Program-made: the position numbers and the translations under genes
IMG/VR virus record: IMGVR_UViG_3300043015_000560
Coordinates: 1-64,000 of that record
Origin: a virus
DNA: 64,000 nucleotides
Reading direction: 5' to 3' (one strand)
Notes under the pieces: model-generated
The model's database searches: none
What the model was told of the DNA's origin: nothing
What the model saw: only the letters and a program-made list of their open reading frames with translations
Shown: positions 9,997 through 18,689 of the stretch, piece after piece
How the letters are laid out: each line of letters opens with the position of its first letter
Numbering within the stretch: position 1 is the first letter of the stretch

Positions 9997-11517
9997 ATGT
10001 CTGATTATGATACCGCTGCTGATGTAGCAGAGAAGCAACTTAGAAATATTTCTAATACTATGTGCTACGCCAAGTGGAGTCAAGTGTCTTTACATTTGCC
10101 CAATGGTAGAACGCACTCTTGTTATCACCCTCCCACGCACGCAATAGATGTTGAAGAGATTAAAGAAAACCCTTCAGCACTACATAACACCAAACAGAAA
10201 AAAGAAGAAAGACAAATGATGCTTGACGGCAAGCGTCCTTCTGGTTGTGAGTATTGTTGGAAGATTGAAGACACCGGGAATAGAAGTGATCGTGTCTACA
10301 GGAGCGGAGAATATTGGGCACAAAATTCTAGAAAAGATATTATAGCGAGTACAGGAAATAATCTAGAAATTAATCCGAGATACGTTGAGGTTAATTTTAA
10401 TCAGGCTTGTAACTTTAAATGCTCTTACTGTTCGCCACACTTATCTAATACATGGGAAAGAGAAATATCTAGACACGGTGCCTATGAGATTATTGGTACT
10501 GACGGCAAACGTTCAAGACATAATGACGTAGGGCACTTAGATAAAATTGGCATGATGCCGAAAAAATTATCACAAAAAGAAAACCCGTATGTTGAGGCGT
10601 TTTGGAAATGGTGGCCCGACCTTTATCAGACACTAGAAGTTTTTAGAATGACTGGTGGCGAACCATTAATGGACTCTAATACATTTAAAGTTTTAGAATA
10701 CATTTACGAGAATCCTAATGCTTGGTTGGAAGTAAGTGTTACAAGCAATATGTGTCCTCCCAAGCCAGCGCTTATGGATAAGTTTATTTCTTTATTACAA
10801 AAATTAGAAGAGATACAAATTTGGCATAGCGAAAGATGGAATCCAGGCTCAGGAAATAATTGGTATGTTAATATGGCAGTTAAAAACTTTGCTGTCTTTG
10901 TTAGCTTGGACGGAATGGGAAAACAAGGAGAATATATACGGGACGGACTTAAAATGAAAACATTGAAAAAGAATGTTGACAGAGTCCTAAGCGAGACTTG
11001 TAATACAACTGTTAGCTTTATTAATACTTTTAACTCTTTAAGTTTACCTACTTTTAAGGAGTATTTGCAGTATATTTTAGAACTTAGAGGAGAGTATTCG
11101 AGGGAAAAACAGGGCGTAAAGAAGATTCCTATATATGACGAATATAACACACACCCAGACTTTGAAGTACACCCTAGACAGCGTATTTGGTTTGATGTTC
11201 CTTTGTTACGAAATCCTCAGTGGCAATGTATCAATACACTTCCACCACAGTTTGAAAAATACTTGATTGACGCTATTCAGTTTATGGAAGAGAATACAGA
11301 CACAGATAACTTTGTTGGTTTTTATGATTTTGAAATTGACAAAGTAAAAAGAAATTTAGAATGGATGCGAGCTAGAAACAATTCCAAGGAAGTTACAACA
11401 ATAGCAAGAAAGAATTTTGTTAAGTTCTTTAAGCAACATGATGAAAGACGTGGTACAGATTTAGTAGAGACGTTCCCAGAATTTAAGGACTTATGGAGAA
11501 AATATGGCGAAGAGTGA
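9997..11517 (+). CDS. radical SAM protein, paralog of 2239-3726
   Basis: CNFKCSYC, MTGGEP, N-terminal MCYAKW..SCYHP..CEYCW. Confidence 0.85.
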   Translation: MSDYDTAADVAEKQLRNISNTMCYAKWSQVSLHLPNGRTHSCYHPPTHAIDVEEIKENPSALHNTKQKKEERQMMLDGKRPSGCEYCWKIEDTGNRSDRVYRSGEYWAQNSRKDIIASTGNNLEINPRYVEVNFNQACNFKCSYCSPHLSNTWEREISRHGAYEIIGTDGKRSRHNDVGHLDKIGMMPKKLSQKENPYVEAFWKWWPDLYQTLEVFRMTGGEPLMDSNTFKVLEYIYENPNAWLEVSVTSNMCPPKPALMDKFISLLQKLEEIQIWHSERWNPGSGNNWYVNMAVKNFAVFVSLDGMGKQGEYIRDGLKMKTLKKNVDRVLSETCNTTVSFINTFNSLSLPTFKEYLQYILELRGEYSREKQGVKKIPIYDEYNTHPDFEVHPRQRIWFDVPLLRNPQWQCINTLPPQFEKYLIDAIQFMEENTDTDNFVGFYDFEIDKVKRNLEWMRARNNSKEVTTIARKNFVKFFKQHDERRGTDLVETFPEFKDLWRKYGEE

Positions 11518-12955
11518 TAAGATAGTTTGGGGTGTTGCCGCGGGTACACACGATGCCTCTCTAACTGTTATGCAAGGTGATGAAATATTATTCGCATCTC
11601 ATTCAGAAAGATTTAGTAGAATTAAAAATGACAAGGACCTACATCCAAAACTTGTAGAGTATGCTTTAACATTTGGCAAACCCACAAAAGTATATTGGTA
11701 TGAGAATCCTCTACTCAAGGCATATAGAAAATGGGGTGCCGGTCAGAAGAACCTCTGGTTGAGCCCTAAAAAATATATGAAATCGTACGGCATTACTGCA
11801 CCAATTAAATGGGGACTACACCACAAGTCTCACGCGGCCGCAGGACTATATACGTCTCCCTTTGACGATGCCGCGGTAGTAGTTATTGATGCTATTGGTG
11901 AAATGCAAACCACATCAATATGGGAAACAACAAAAGATAGAAAACTTAAAAAACTTATTTCTTGGAACTACCCATTTTCAATAGGTCTCTTTTATTCTGC
12001 GTTTACTGCTAGAGTAGGGCTGAAGCCAAATGAAGATGAATACATTCTAATGGGAATGTCTGCATACGGAAACCCAGATAGATTCTATGATGAAATTTGT
12101 GGCTTGATTGATGCAGAATATAATTTTCACCAGGGTGTTAGGCACTGGAGACCAGAACTAAAGCCTGAAGATTATTTTGACGTTGCCGCCGCAGTGCAAA
12201 AACTATATGAAAAGAATTTAGAAATTATGTTAGTTAAAGCCAAAGTCAGATCACAAAAGAATAATCTTGTACTGATGGGCGGGTGTGCATTAAATTGTCT
12301 GGCAAATAGACTTATTCCTTACCACTTCGAAAACAGTTGGATAATGCCCAACCCAGGTGACGCTGGTTCTTCATTGGGAGCAATATTAGCAGCAAGAGAA
12401 ACTCAGGCTAGATGGAGAAGCCCTTACACGGGTTATGACATTAAAGGCGAATACCCCACGCAAGCTATACTAGATGAATTGTTTAAAACTGGCATGGCAG
12501 GAGTCGCAAACGGCAAAGCAGAGTTTGGACCTAGGGCATTAGGCAATCGAAGTTTGTTAGCAGATCCTAGGGGCAGTCGAATGAAGGATAAAGTTAATAA
12601 TATTAAACAGCGACAAGAATATAGGCCGTTTGCTCCTGTTATTAGACTGGAAGATGTAAAGGAATGTTTTAATGTGCCTGATGATTTCGCCTCTCCATAT
12701 ATGCAGTACGTTGTTACTTGTAAACAACCAAAGAAATATCCAGCAATTGTTCATGAGGATGGGACGTCAAGAGTACAAACTGTTACAAAAGAACAGCATC
12801 CTGGATTGTATGAATTGTTAACAATCTGGAAGGAGCGCACAGGCTGCCCAATGTTACTAAATACAAGTTTAAACATCAAAGGACAGCCTATTGTGAACAC
12901 CGAAAAAGAAGGTAGAAAGTTTGAAAAAGTTTACAATGTAAAGGTGTTTTCTTAG
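11504..12955 (+). CDS. O-carbamoyltransferase (NodU/CmcH/TobZ family)
   Basis: HDAS, ERFSRIKND, HHKSHAA, GGCALNC, PGDAGSSLG, EFGPRALGNRS, RPFAP, DGTSRVQTV, LLNTSLN. Confidence 0.95.
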   Translation: MAKSDKIVWGVAAGTHDASLTVMQGDEILFASHSERFSRIKNDKDLHPKLVEYALTFGKPTKVYWYENPLLKAYRKWGAGQKNLWLSPKKYMKSYGITAPIKWGLHHKSHAAAGLYTSPFDDAAVVVIDAIGEMQTTSIWETTKDRKLKKLISWNYPFSIGLFYSAFTARVGLKPNEDEYILMGMSAYGNPDRFYDEICGLIDAEYNFHQGVRHWRPELKPEDYFDVAAAVQKLYEKNLEIMLVKAKVRSQKNNLVLMGGCALNCLANRLIPYHFENSWIMPNPGDAGSSLGAILAARETQARWRSPYTGYDIKGEYPTQAILDELFKTGMAGVANGKAEFGPRALGNRSLLADPRGSRMKDKVNNIKQRQEYRPFAPVIRLEDVKECFNVPDDFASPYMQYVVTCKQPKKYPAIVHEDGTSRVQTVTKEQHPGLYELLTIWKERTGCPMLLNTSLNIKGQPIVNTEKEGRKFEKVYNVKVFS

Positions 12956-12974
12956 GTTCAGAGCCGAAGAAAGA

Positions 12975-12982
12975 TATAAATA
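12975..12982 (+). promoter_or_regulatory. T4-type late promoter
   Basis: TATAAATA, 5 nt before ATG 12988. Confidence 0.75.
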
Positions 12983-12987
12983 AAAAC

Positions 12988-13284
12988 ATGGGACAGGTAG
13001 TAAACTTTATAAGACGTAAAGAGCCCGAAGCGAAGGCTATCATCGGGTACAGGATGTCCTTCTATTCTGAAGAAGAGCTAGAGATAGCATTGGTTGCCCT
13101 CAATATGTTTGGGTGGGATCAAATCAGATACACAAAAAACAATCTAAAAGGAATTGATCCTTTGTTTATCAAAAGATGTTTGTTACGATTAAAACATTTA
13201 GACTGGATATCTAGAGATGGAAGAAGGTTAATTGATAATATCATATCTAATGTAGAAGAAATATACCAAGAGAAAGTAGGATAA
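12988..13284 (+). CDS. hypothetical protein
   Basis: ORF directly behind a late promoter. Confidence 0.65.
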   Translation: MGQVVNFIRRKEPEAKAIIGYRMSFYSEEELEIALVALNMFGWDQIRYTKNNLKGIDPLFIKRCLLRLKHLDWISRDGRRLIDNIISNVEEIYQEKVG

Positions 13285-13286
13285 CT

Positions 13287-13601
13287 ATGCCGATATATTC
13301 GTTTGAAAATAAGGAGACAGGTGAAGTCAACGATCACCTAATGAAATATTCCGAAGTTGAACAATTTCTAGAAGACAACAAAAATTTAAAACAAGTCATT
13401 ACTGGCTGTTTCTCTATTGTTGGAGGAACAGGAGATAGAACTAAAGCTCCAACAGGCTTTAAGGAAGTCTTATCCAAAATTAGCGACGCAAATCCAAATT
13501 CAAATCTCGCAAGTGATTATGGGAAAAAGGATGCCAAGTCTGTTAAAGTCAGAGAGGCAGTACAACAGGTGAAAAAGAGATTAGGAAAGATCCACGATTA
13601 A
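13287..13601 (+). CDS. FmdB-like protein typical of T4-like phages (Cys-less ribbon)
   Basis: MPIYSFENKETGE start; GFKEVLSKI motif; precedes phoH. Confidence 0.55.
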   Translation: MPIYSFENKETGEVNDHLMKYSEVEQFLEDNKNLKQVITGCFSIVGGTGDRTKAPTGFKEVLSKISDANPNSNLASDYGKKDAKSVKVREAVQQVKKRLGKIHD

Positions 13602-13644
13602 TACTAAGAATTCAATAAACTGTCATTATGTTTTATTGATTACC

Positions 13645-13678
13645 GAGGCGGCATAGAGTTTCTGTGCCGTCTTTTTTT
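13645..13678 (+). terminator. intrinsic terminator-like hairpin upstream of phoH
   Basis: GAGGCGGCATAGA-gtt-TCTGTGCCGTCTT stem (with G-U pairs) followed by a T run. Confidence 0.65.
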
Positions 13679-13711
13679 CAACCTAAAAACCGTAAACACC
13701 GGAGAACTAAG

Positions 13712-14464
13712 ATGGCTAAACGACAAAAACTGCAAGTAGTACATAACACTTGCGATCGTAATCCTCCCAATAACAATAGTCTAAAATTGCGTATAGATGA
13801 TATGGCAACTTTCTCGGCTATGACTGAAACACAAGGACAATTCTTTTCGTTATACAAATCCAACAAAGCGTTTCTATTACACGGATGCGCAGGAACCGGG
13901 AAAACTTTTATTGCTTTATATCGAGCATTAGAAGAAGTTTTAATGAAAGGCAATTCTTATGATAAAGTAGTTATTGTTAGATCTGCGGTACCGTCTAGGG
14001 ACATTGGGCACTTACCGGGCGACGAAAAAGAAAAGACTGAGGTATATAGTTTACCCTATCAGTCTATGTGTCAAGACTTTTTTCCAAAAAAACCTACACC
14101 ATACAAGCGCTTGCTTGAACAAAAGCATTTAGATTTTATGTGTACATCTTTTGTACGGGGTATAACCTTAGATCATGCTATTGTAATTGTAGACGAATGT
14201 CAAAATATGAATGACATGGAAATCAACAGCATTATGACTCGACTAGGCAATACGTCTAAGATTATATTTTGCGGCGACTTTAGACAGACTGATCTTTACA
14301 AGAGAGGCGATATGTCTGGACTCAAGAAGTTTATGGTAATCGCTGAGAATATGCAATCATTCAGAACAGTCGAATTTGTACCTGAGGACATTGTTAGATC
14401 TAGCATTGTTAGAGAGTACATCGAAGCTCGAATGGACTTCGAGGACAAGTTCGAAAATAGTTAA
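13712..14464 (+). CDS. phoH: PhoH family ATPase
   Basis: GCAGTGKT Walker A, IGHLPGD, FVRGITL, IVDECQN, GDFRQTDL, DIVRS; GGAG RBS before ATG 13712. Confidence 0.95.
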   Translation: MAKRQKLQVVHNTCDRNPPNNNSLKLRIDDMATFSAMTETQGQFFSLYKSNKAFLLHGCAGTGKTFIALYRALEEVLMKGNSYDKVVIVRSAVPSRDIGHLPGDEKEKTEVYSLPYQSMCQDFFPKKPTPYKRLLEQKHLDFMCTSFVRGITLDHAIVIVDECQNMNDMEINSIMTRLGNTSKIIFCGDFRQTDLYKRGDMSGLKKFMVIAENMQSFRTVEFVPEDIVRSSIVREYIEARMDFEDKFENS

Positions 14465-14472
14465 AATAATGC

Positions 14473-14501
14473 TTGACATTTAGAATATCCTGTAGTATAA
14501 T
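14473..14501 (+). promoter_or_regulatory. sigma70-type early promoter
   Basis: TTGACA-17 bp-TATAAT. Confidence 0.85.
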
Positions 14502-14530
14502 TGTTTATATAATTGAGAAAGAGGTGTGTT

Positions 14531-14731
14531 ATGCTACAGGATAGTGTTGTTGAGGTGTTACAAGAGGTCACCGATTGGGGAGATTCCCCTGTAACCAATG
14601 GTGAATATCACCTAAATGCGGCTGGGCAACTAGTCGGATATCGTCCAAATACGGATTCTCCCGTCAAATTCTTCTCTAAACCGATGAAGTTATTCTCTAA
14701 AACTCGAAGAAAATTCCAAAAGATTTCATAA
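14531..14731 (+). CDS. hypothetical early protein
   Basis: GAGGTG RBS before ATG 14531; FSKTRRKF tail. Confidence 0.65.
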   Translation: MLQDSVVEVLQEVTDWGDSPVTNGEYHLNAAGQLVGYRPNTDSPVKFFSKPMKLFSKTRRKFQKIS

Positions 14732-14789
14732 ATGCTGTTGTTTCAGTATGTTACAAGGGAAAATAATTCAAAAAAAGTGCGTTTTTTGC

Positions 14790-14818
14790 TTGACTTTTGG
14801 CAAAAAAGGTTGTATAAT
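14790..14818 (+). promoter_or_regulatory. sigma70-type early promoter with A/T-tract UP element
   Basis: TTGACT-17 bp-TATAAT preceded by A and T tracts. Confidence 0.8.
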
Positions 14819-14862
14819 ACTTGTATAAAATGAAAAAACAACTTAAAAAACGTGAGGTTTAT

Positions 14863-15234
14863 ATGGAAAAGTTACTACAGAAAACACAAGAAGTCGCAGA
14901 TTTGATGCTCAAAGACTACGACAATTGGACTAAAAGATGTGCCGAGGCTAACGGCTGGGACTATAAAAGTTCCGAAGAAAAGGGTGTTACAATAACACTA
15001 GAAGAAGGCAGAAACTTTATTAAGTTCGTTAAGACTGATGGTCAGTCTTGTGTGAACGGGTTTGTTGTTAAGAATCCACCAAAAGGAATTGACAACAAAA
15101 CAGGCAAACCTTTCCAAGTTGGTGACTTGTTAATGGCAGCGTCCTGGTCGGCTCCTGCGAAAAACTTTGCAAGAGGAAATGTGTTTCAACCCGAGACACT
15201 TGGTAAATGTATTAGATGGACAGGAGTTCTTTAA
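14863..15234 (+). CDS. conserved hypothetical early phage protein
   Basis: GAGG RBS; GDLLMAASWSAPAKNFARGNV...WTG motif typical of large-phage early genes. Confidence 0.7.
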   Translation: MEKLLQKTQEVADLMLKDYDNWTKRCAEANGWDYKSSEEKGVTITLEEGRNFIKFVKTDGQSCVNGFVVKNPPKGIDNKTGKPFQVGDLLMAASWSAPAKNFARGNVFQPETLGKCIRWTGVL

Positions 15235-15893
15235 AATTGTTTGAACATAATATTGTTGAGATACCTCAACTAAAACAAATTAACACAGACGCCGGAAGGA
15301 GATATGAAACTCCTTCTGGTACGCTGTACCCGTCAATTACGACAATCTTATCTCATAAGTCTAAGCCCTTTATTGATGCTTGGCGTAAACGAGTAGGAGC
15401 AGATGTTGCTAACAAGATTAGCAATAAAGCCTCAACTCGAGGGACAAAGATTCACCAATTGTGCGAAGACATTCTTAATAATAAATTGACAGACGATTCA
15501 AGTCTCAATTATATTGATAAAGAAATGTTCCAAAAGTTTCGTCCTTTGTTAGACGACATAGGTGTGATTAATAGTATTGAATCCAAGCTATATTCAGATC
15601 ACCTACGTCTTGCAGGACAGGTTGACTGCATTGCCGAGTATAAAGGCAAAGTGTCAATTATTGATTTCAAAACTTCTATGAAACGTAAAACTAGAAGTAT
15701 GTGTGAAAACTATTTTATACAATGCTGTGCTTATGCTATTATGTTTGAGGAGCGTACAGGTATTCCTGTATCTCAGCTAGTAATACTTATGGCAGTCGAG
15801 GGTGAAGAGCCCATCGTATTTTGTGAGAAGAGAGACGACTATGTTGCCAAACTTCTAGAAGCAAGAGACGACTACGAAGCGGCGTATAAATAA
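15216..15893 (+). CDS. PD-(D/E)XK exonuclease
   Basis: YPSITTIL, RGTKIH, AGQVDCIAE, IIDFKTS, QCCAY. Confidence 0.85.
   Translation: MDRSSLKLFEHNIVEIPQLKQINTDAGRRYETPSGTLYPSITTILSHKSKPFIDAWRKRVGADVANKISNKASTRGTKIHQLCEDILNNKLTDDSSLNYIDKEMFQKFRPLLDDIGVINSIESKLYSDHLRLAGQVDCIAEYKGKVSIIDFKTSMKRKTRSMCENYFIQCCAYAIMFEERTGIPVSQLVILMAVEGEEPIVFCEKRDDYVAKLLEARDDYEAAYK
15885..15892 (+). promoter_or_regulatory. T4-type late promoter driving the tmRNA
   Basis: TATAAATA overlapping the exonuclease stop, just before the tmRNA acceptor piece. Confidence 0.75.
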
Positions 15894-15896
15894 AAT

Positions 15897-16180
15897 GCCT
15901 GTTGAGGGTTGTAGTAAAACGAGGCTGGACTCGGGTTCGAATCCCGACAGCTCCACCAAAAGCATACTAGTGTCCAGTTAAGTTTGGAACACATCTGATA
16001 AAGTGGCTAGTGTGCTTTTGATGGGGCTGACAAGGTATCGACAGTCAAGAAAATAAGCAACAAGAGGGTCGTCAGAGTAGACGTAAAAACTATTTTAATC
16101 TAAATGCAAACGCAAACGATTACGCATTAGCAGCATAAGCTAATTGGGGTATGGGCTCCACCTTATAATCAAACGGGCCC
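15897..16180 (+). ncRNA. ssrA: circularly permuted (two-piece) tmRNA, tag ANANDYALAA
   Basis: 3' acceptor piece GGACTCGGGTTCGAATCCCGACAGCTCCACCA ends at 15958; intervening hairpin; 5' piece GGGGCTG starts at 16023 and pairs with CAGCTCC including G3-U70; tag frame 16106-16138. Outer ends approximate. Confidence 0.92.
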
Positions 16181-16200
16181 AACATTAAAGGAGGACTTCC

Positions 16201-16695
16201 ATGAGAACAATTCTAGGAATAATCTTGGGACTTTCAACTTTTCCAAGTACAGGTACAGGATTAGATGAACCCACAGATGTTGATTTAAGACAAGTACATT
16301 GTTTAGCACACAACATTTATTTCGAAGCATCCAACCAAGGAACTGCTGGAATGGTTGGAGTAGGACAAGTAACACTCAATAGAGTAAAGTCTAAAAAATA
16401 TCCTAATACAATTTGCGAGGTTGTATACCAAGCAGAGTATAGGATAAACTGGAAAGGTAATAGAGTTCCTGTCCTAAATCGGTGCCAGTTCAGTTGGTAT
16501 TGTGATGGGAAAGCAGAAACAATACGTTACCCAAAGGATTATGATGAAGCTTATATTATGGCAGAACTTCTAATAGAAGACCGCCTAGTTGATATAACAG
16601 ATGGTGCCTTATTTTATCATGCGGATTATGTTAGCCCAAAGTGGGCAAAGAGCATGGCACAAAAAATAAAAATAGGCGACCATATCTTTTATTAA
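16201..16695 (+). CDS. cell wall hydrolase (SleB/Hydrolase_2 family) with N-terminal signal
   Basis: CLAHNIYFEA, VTLNRV, YPNTICEVVYQ, CQFSWYCDG, GALFYHADYVSP, IGDHIFY; AAGGAGG RBS. Confidence 0.9.
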   Translation: MRTILGIILGLSTFPSTGTGLDEPTDVDLRQVHCLAHNIYFEASNQGTAGMVGVGQVTLNRVKSKKYPNTICEVVYQAEYRINWKGNRVPVLNRCQFSWYCDGKAETIRYPKDYDEAYIMAELLIEDRLVDITDGALFYHADYVSPKWAKSMAQKIKIGDHIFY

Positions 16696-16699
16696 AAGT

Positions 16700-16728
16700 T
16701 TGACAAATTACAAAAAAGATTATATAAT
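16700..16728 (+). promoter_or_regulatory. sigma70-type promoter
   Basis: TTGACA-17 bp-TATAAT. Confidence 0.8.
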
Positions 16729-16734
16729 ACACAC

Positions 16735-17610
16735 ATGAATAAAACAATTCCAAATATTATAGTAACCGGCGGGTGTGGATTTATTGGGTCACATCTTGTT
16801 GAAAGACTTCTAGCAGAGGGGTTCTTTGTTACTGTAGTAGATGACAGACGGGCGGGTAACAATGTAGTTACGCATCCTAATGTGTTATACATTTTCCAAG
16901 ACGTGGGAGTATTCAATCCTTTTGTTTCAGAGATAGACCCGCCCGTCGCAATATTTCACTTAGCAAACAGTCCGAGAGTTAGACGCTCTTTAGATTACCC
17001 TACAGAGACCATTGTCAATAATGTTGTTACTACTGCCACTGTCTGTGACTGGGCACGAGTAATGAACTGTAGGCTGTTCTTCGCTACATCTTCAAGTACC
17101 AAGTATATTAAGGAATCGAGAAACCCTTACACTTGGAGCAAGTATACCTGCGAAGATATGTTAACCCTTTATAAGGATCTATACGGACTAGAGTACACAA
17201 AGATGTTCTTTTATAATGTGTACGGTCCTCGAGAAGCAGACTATGGCGAGTATAGCACAGTTATTAGAAAATTTAAACAGGATTACTTACAAGGAAAAAG
17301 TTTGACGGTATTTGGCACAGGTGCTAAAGAAAGAGACTTCACCCATGTTTATGATGTTGTCCAAGGATTGTTAGATTTATTGATAGACGAACAATGGTAT
17401 GAGAATGTACACCTAGGCAAAGGTTCACCTCAGACTATTCAGTCTATTGCAGAAGAATTTAATACTTCAATTGTCTACTCTTTTGATAAAGAAGGAGAGG
17501 CACAAAGAACCATGTGTGAACGACCGTATACAGAGTGCCCAACGAATGTTCATACTTATATTAGAAACTGGGTACGGGAGAACAGCGGTGACCGCCAAAT
17601 TAGTCGTTGA
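16735..17610 (+). CDS. NAD-dependent nucleotide-sugar epimerase/dehydratase
   Basis: VTGGCGFIGSH, YTWSK, YNVYGP, RDFTHVYDVV. Confidence 0.9.
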   Translation: MNKTIPNIIVTGGCGFIGSHLVERLLAEGFFVTVVDDRRAGNNVVTHPNVLYIFQDVGVFNPFVSEIDPPVAIFHLANSPRVRRSLDYPTETIVNNVVTTATVCDWARVMNCRLFFATSSSTKYIKESRNPYTWSKYTCEDMLTLYKDLYGLEYTKMFFYNVYGPREADYGEYSTVIRKFKQDYLQGKSLTVFGTGAKERDFTHVYDVVQGLLDLLIDEQWYENVHLGKGSPQTIQSIAEEFNTSIVYSFDKEGEAQRTMCERPYTECPTNVHTYIRNWVRENSGDRQISR

Positions 17611-17617
17611 CAATACT

Positions 17618-17878
17618 ATGACAGAAGAAAAAATAAGTGATGTGCTTTTAATCACTAAAAAATTTAAAACATCTATAGAATTTTCACAATTTATTGAGAG
17701 ACGTTCCTTTGACGAGAGATCGTCAATCATGGACGTTATAATTGATTATTGTGAGAAGGAACAAATAGAACTTGAGTCCGTTAACAAATTACTTAGCCCT
17801 AGTCTTAAAGAAAAAATTAAGGTAGAGGCGATGTCATTAAATATGCTCAAGGAGAAAGAAAATCAATTACCAATATAG
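17618..17878 (+). CDS. gp33: late promoter transcription co-activator
   Basis: FSQFIE..MDVIIDYCE..LKEKIKVEA..LNMLK..LPI; position before gp59 and gp32; start uncertain (17588 GTG or 17618 ATG). Confidence 0.85.
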   Translation: MTEEKISDVLLITKKFKTSIEFSQFIERRSFDERSSIMDVIIDYCEKEQIELESVNKLLSPSLKEKIKVEAMSLNMLKEKENQLPI

Positions 17879-17885
17879 GTACAAT

Positions 17886-18494
17886 GTGGATCCCTTTGAT
17901 GTTTACAAATTATATCTAGCTTTAAAGTTACACTTTACAACAGAAAGCTATGATATAACTAAAACTAAGGGTGCCGTGAGAGGTAAGAAAGAAACTTTTT
18001 TAAAGAGAAAAGATCTTACTTCAATTCGTAAACTAGCTAGAGATTATAGCAAGAAGGAAGTAATAGAATTGCTTGTTGCTAACTTTGTTAGTGGAGATAA
18101 ATGGGGAGGAGTGTTTGACACTGATTCCGCAGAACGGTACAAGAAGTGGTTGACAACTAGGGATCGTTTGTTGTATACTTTTGGAGTAGATTTAGATAAA
18201 GTTATTTTCCGTATGGAGATAGAAGAGTCTAAGTCTGCAATTGAAGAAGAAGGGCATCCACTTATTTTTAAGATGTTGATGAGTGGTGAAATAAATTTAG
18301 AAACAGTTGTTATAATGGAAAAATTGATTCCATTTGTTGACAAGTATAAAGACGATTTTGTATTAGATGAATTGTGTTTATTGGTTTCTAAATATAAACC
18401 TTTTGTGAGGATTGATAAACAATCCGTTATGGAAAAACATCTGAACGCAATACAGAAGGTGTACGGCAATGTCCAAGTCGAGACGAAATCTTGA
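17886..18494 (+). CDS. gp59: helicase loader
   Basis: FDVYKLYLALKLHFT..YD, LVANF, INLETVVI, KYKPFV; synteny. Confidence 0.88.
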   Translation: MDPFDVYKLYLALKLHFTTESYDITKTKGAVRGKKETFLKRKDLTSIRKLARDYSKKEVIELLVANFVSGDKWGGVFDTDSAERYKKWLTTRDRLLYTFGVDLDKVIFRMEIEESKSAIEEEGHPLIFKMLMSGEINLETVVIMEKLIPFVDKYKDDFVLDELCLLVSKYKPFVRIDKQSVMEKHLNAIQKVYGNVQVETKS

Positions 18495-18675
18495 TGAAGA
18501 TAAAAAAATAAAAAGAGTCGGCAAAACGGTAAAGCAGAAGCTTGACAAATACCCAGCTCTTATATATAATATGTACTCATCTGATAACACGGATGAGATA
18601 CAAGGTGTTATGGACGAACTTTACAATGAAGAACGAAATAACAAATATATAACGCAATACAACGCATACAAATAA
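18469..18675 (+). CDS. hypothetical small protein overlapping the gp32 promoter
   Basis: ORF between gp59 and gp32. Confidence 0.45.
   Translation: MSKSRRNLDEDKKIKRVGKTVKQKLDKYPALIYNMYSSDNTDEIQGVMDELYNEERNNKYITQYNAYK
18542..18570 (+). promoter_or_regulatory. sigma70-type promoter for gp32
   Basis: TTGACA-17 bp-TATAAT inside the small ORF. Confidence 0.75.
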
Positions 18676-18689
18676 TACAGGAGAAATAT

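Noticed and set aside
15927-15958. Apparent tRNA 3' half or attP-like fragment
   Set aside because: It pairs with the downstream GGGGCTG and is followed by a tag frame, so it is the tmRNA acceptor piece; no integrase is nearby
17447-17617. Long N-terminal extension of gp33 in the ORF track
   Set aside because: Overlaps the epimerase by over 160 nt; gp33 similarity starts near 17618. Track starts at 536, 13664, 33457 and 52196 were shortened for similar reasons
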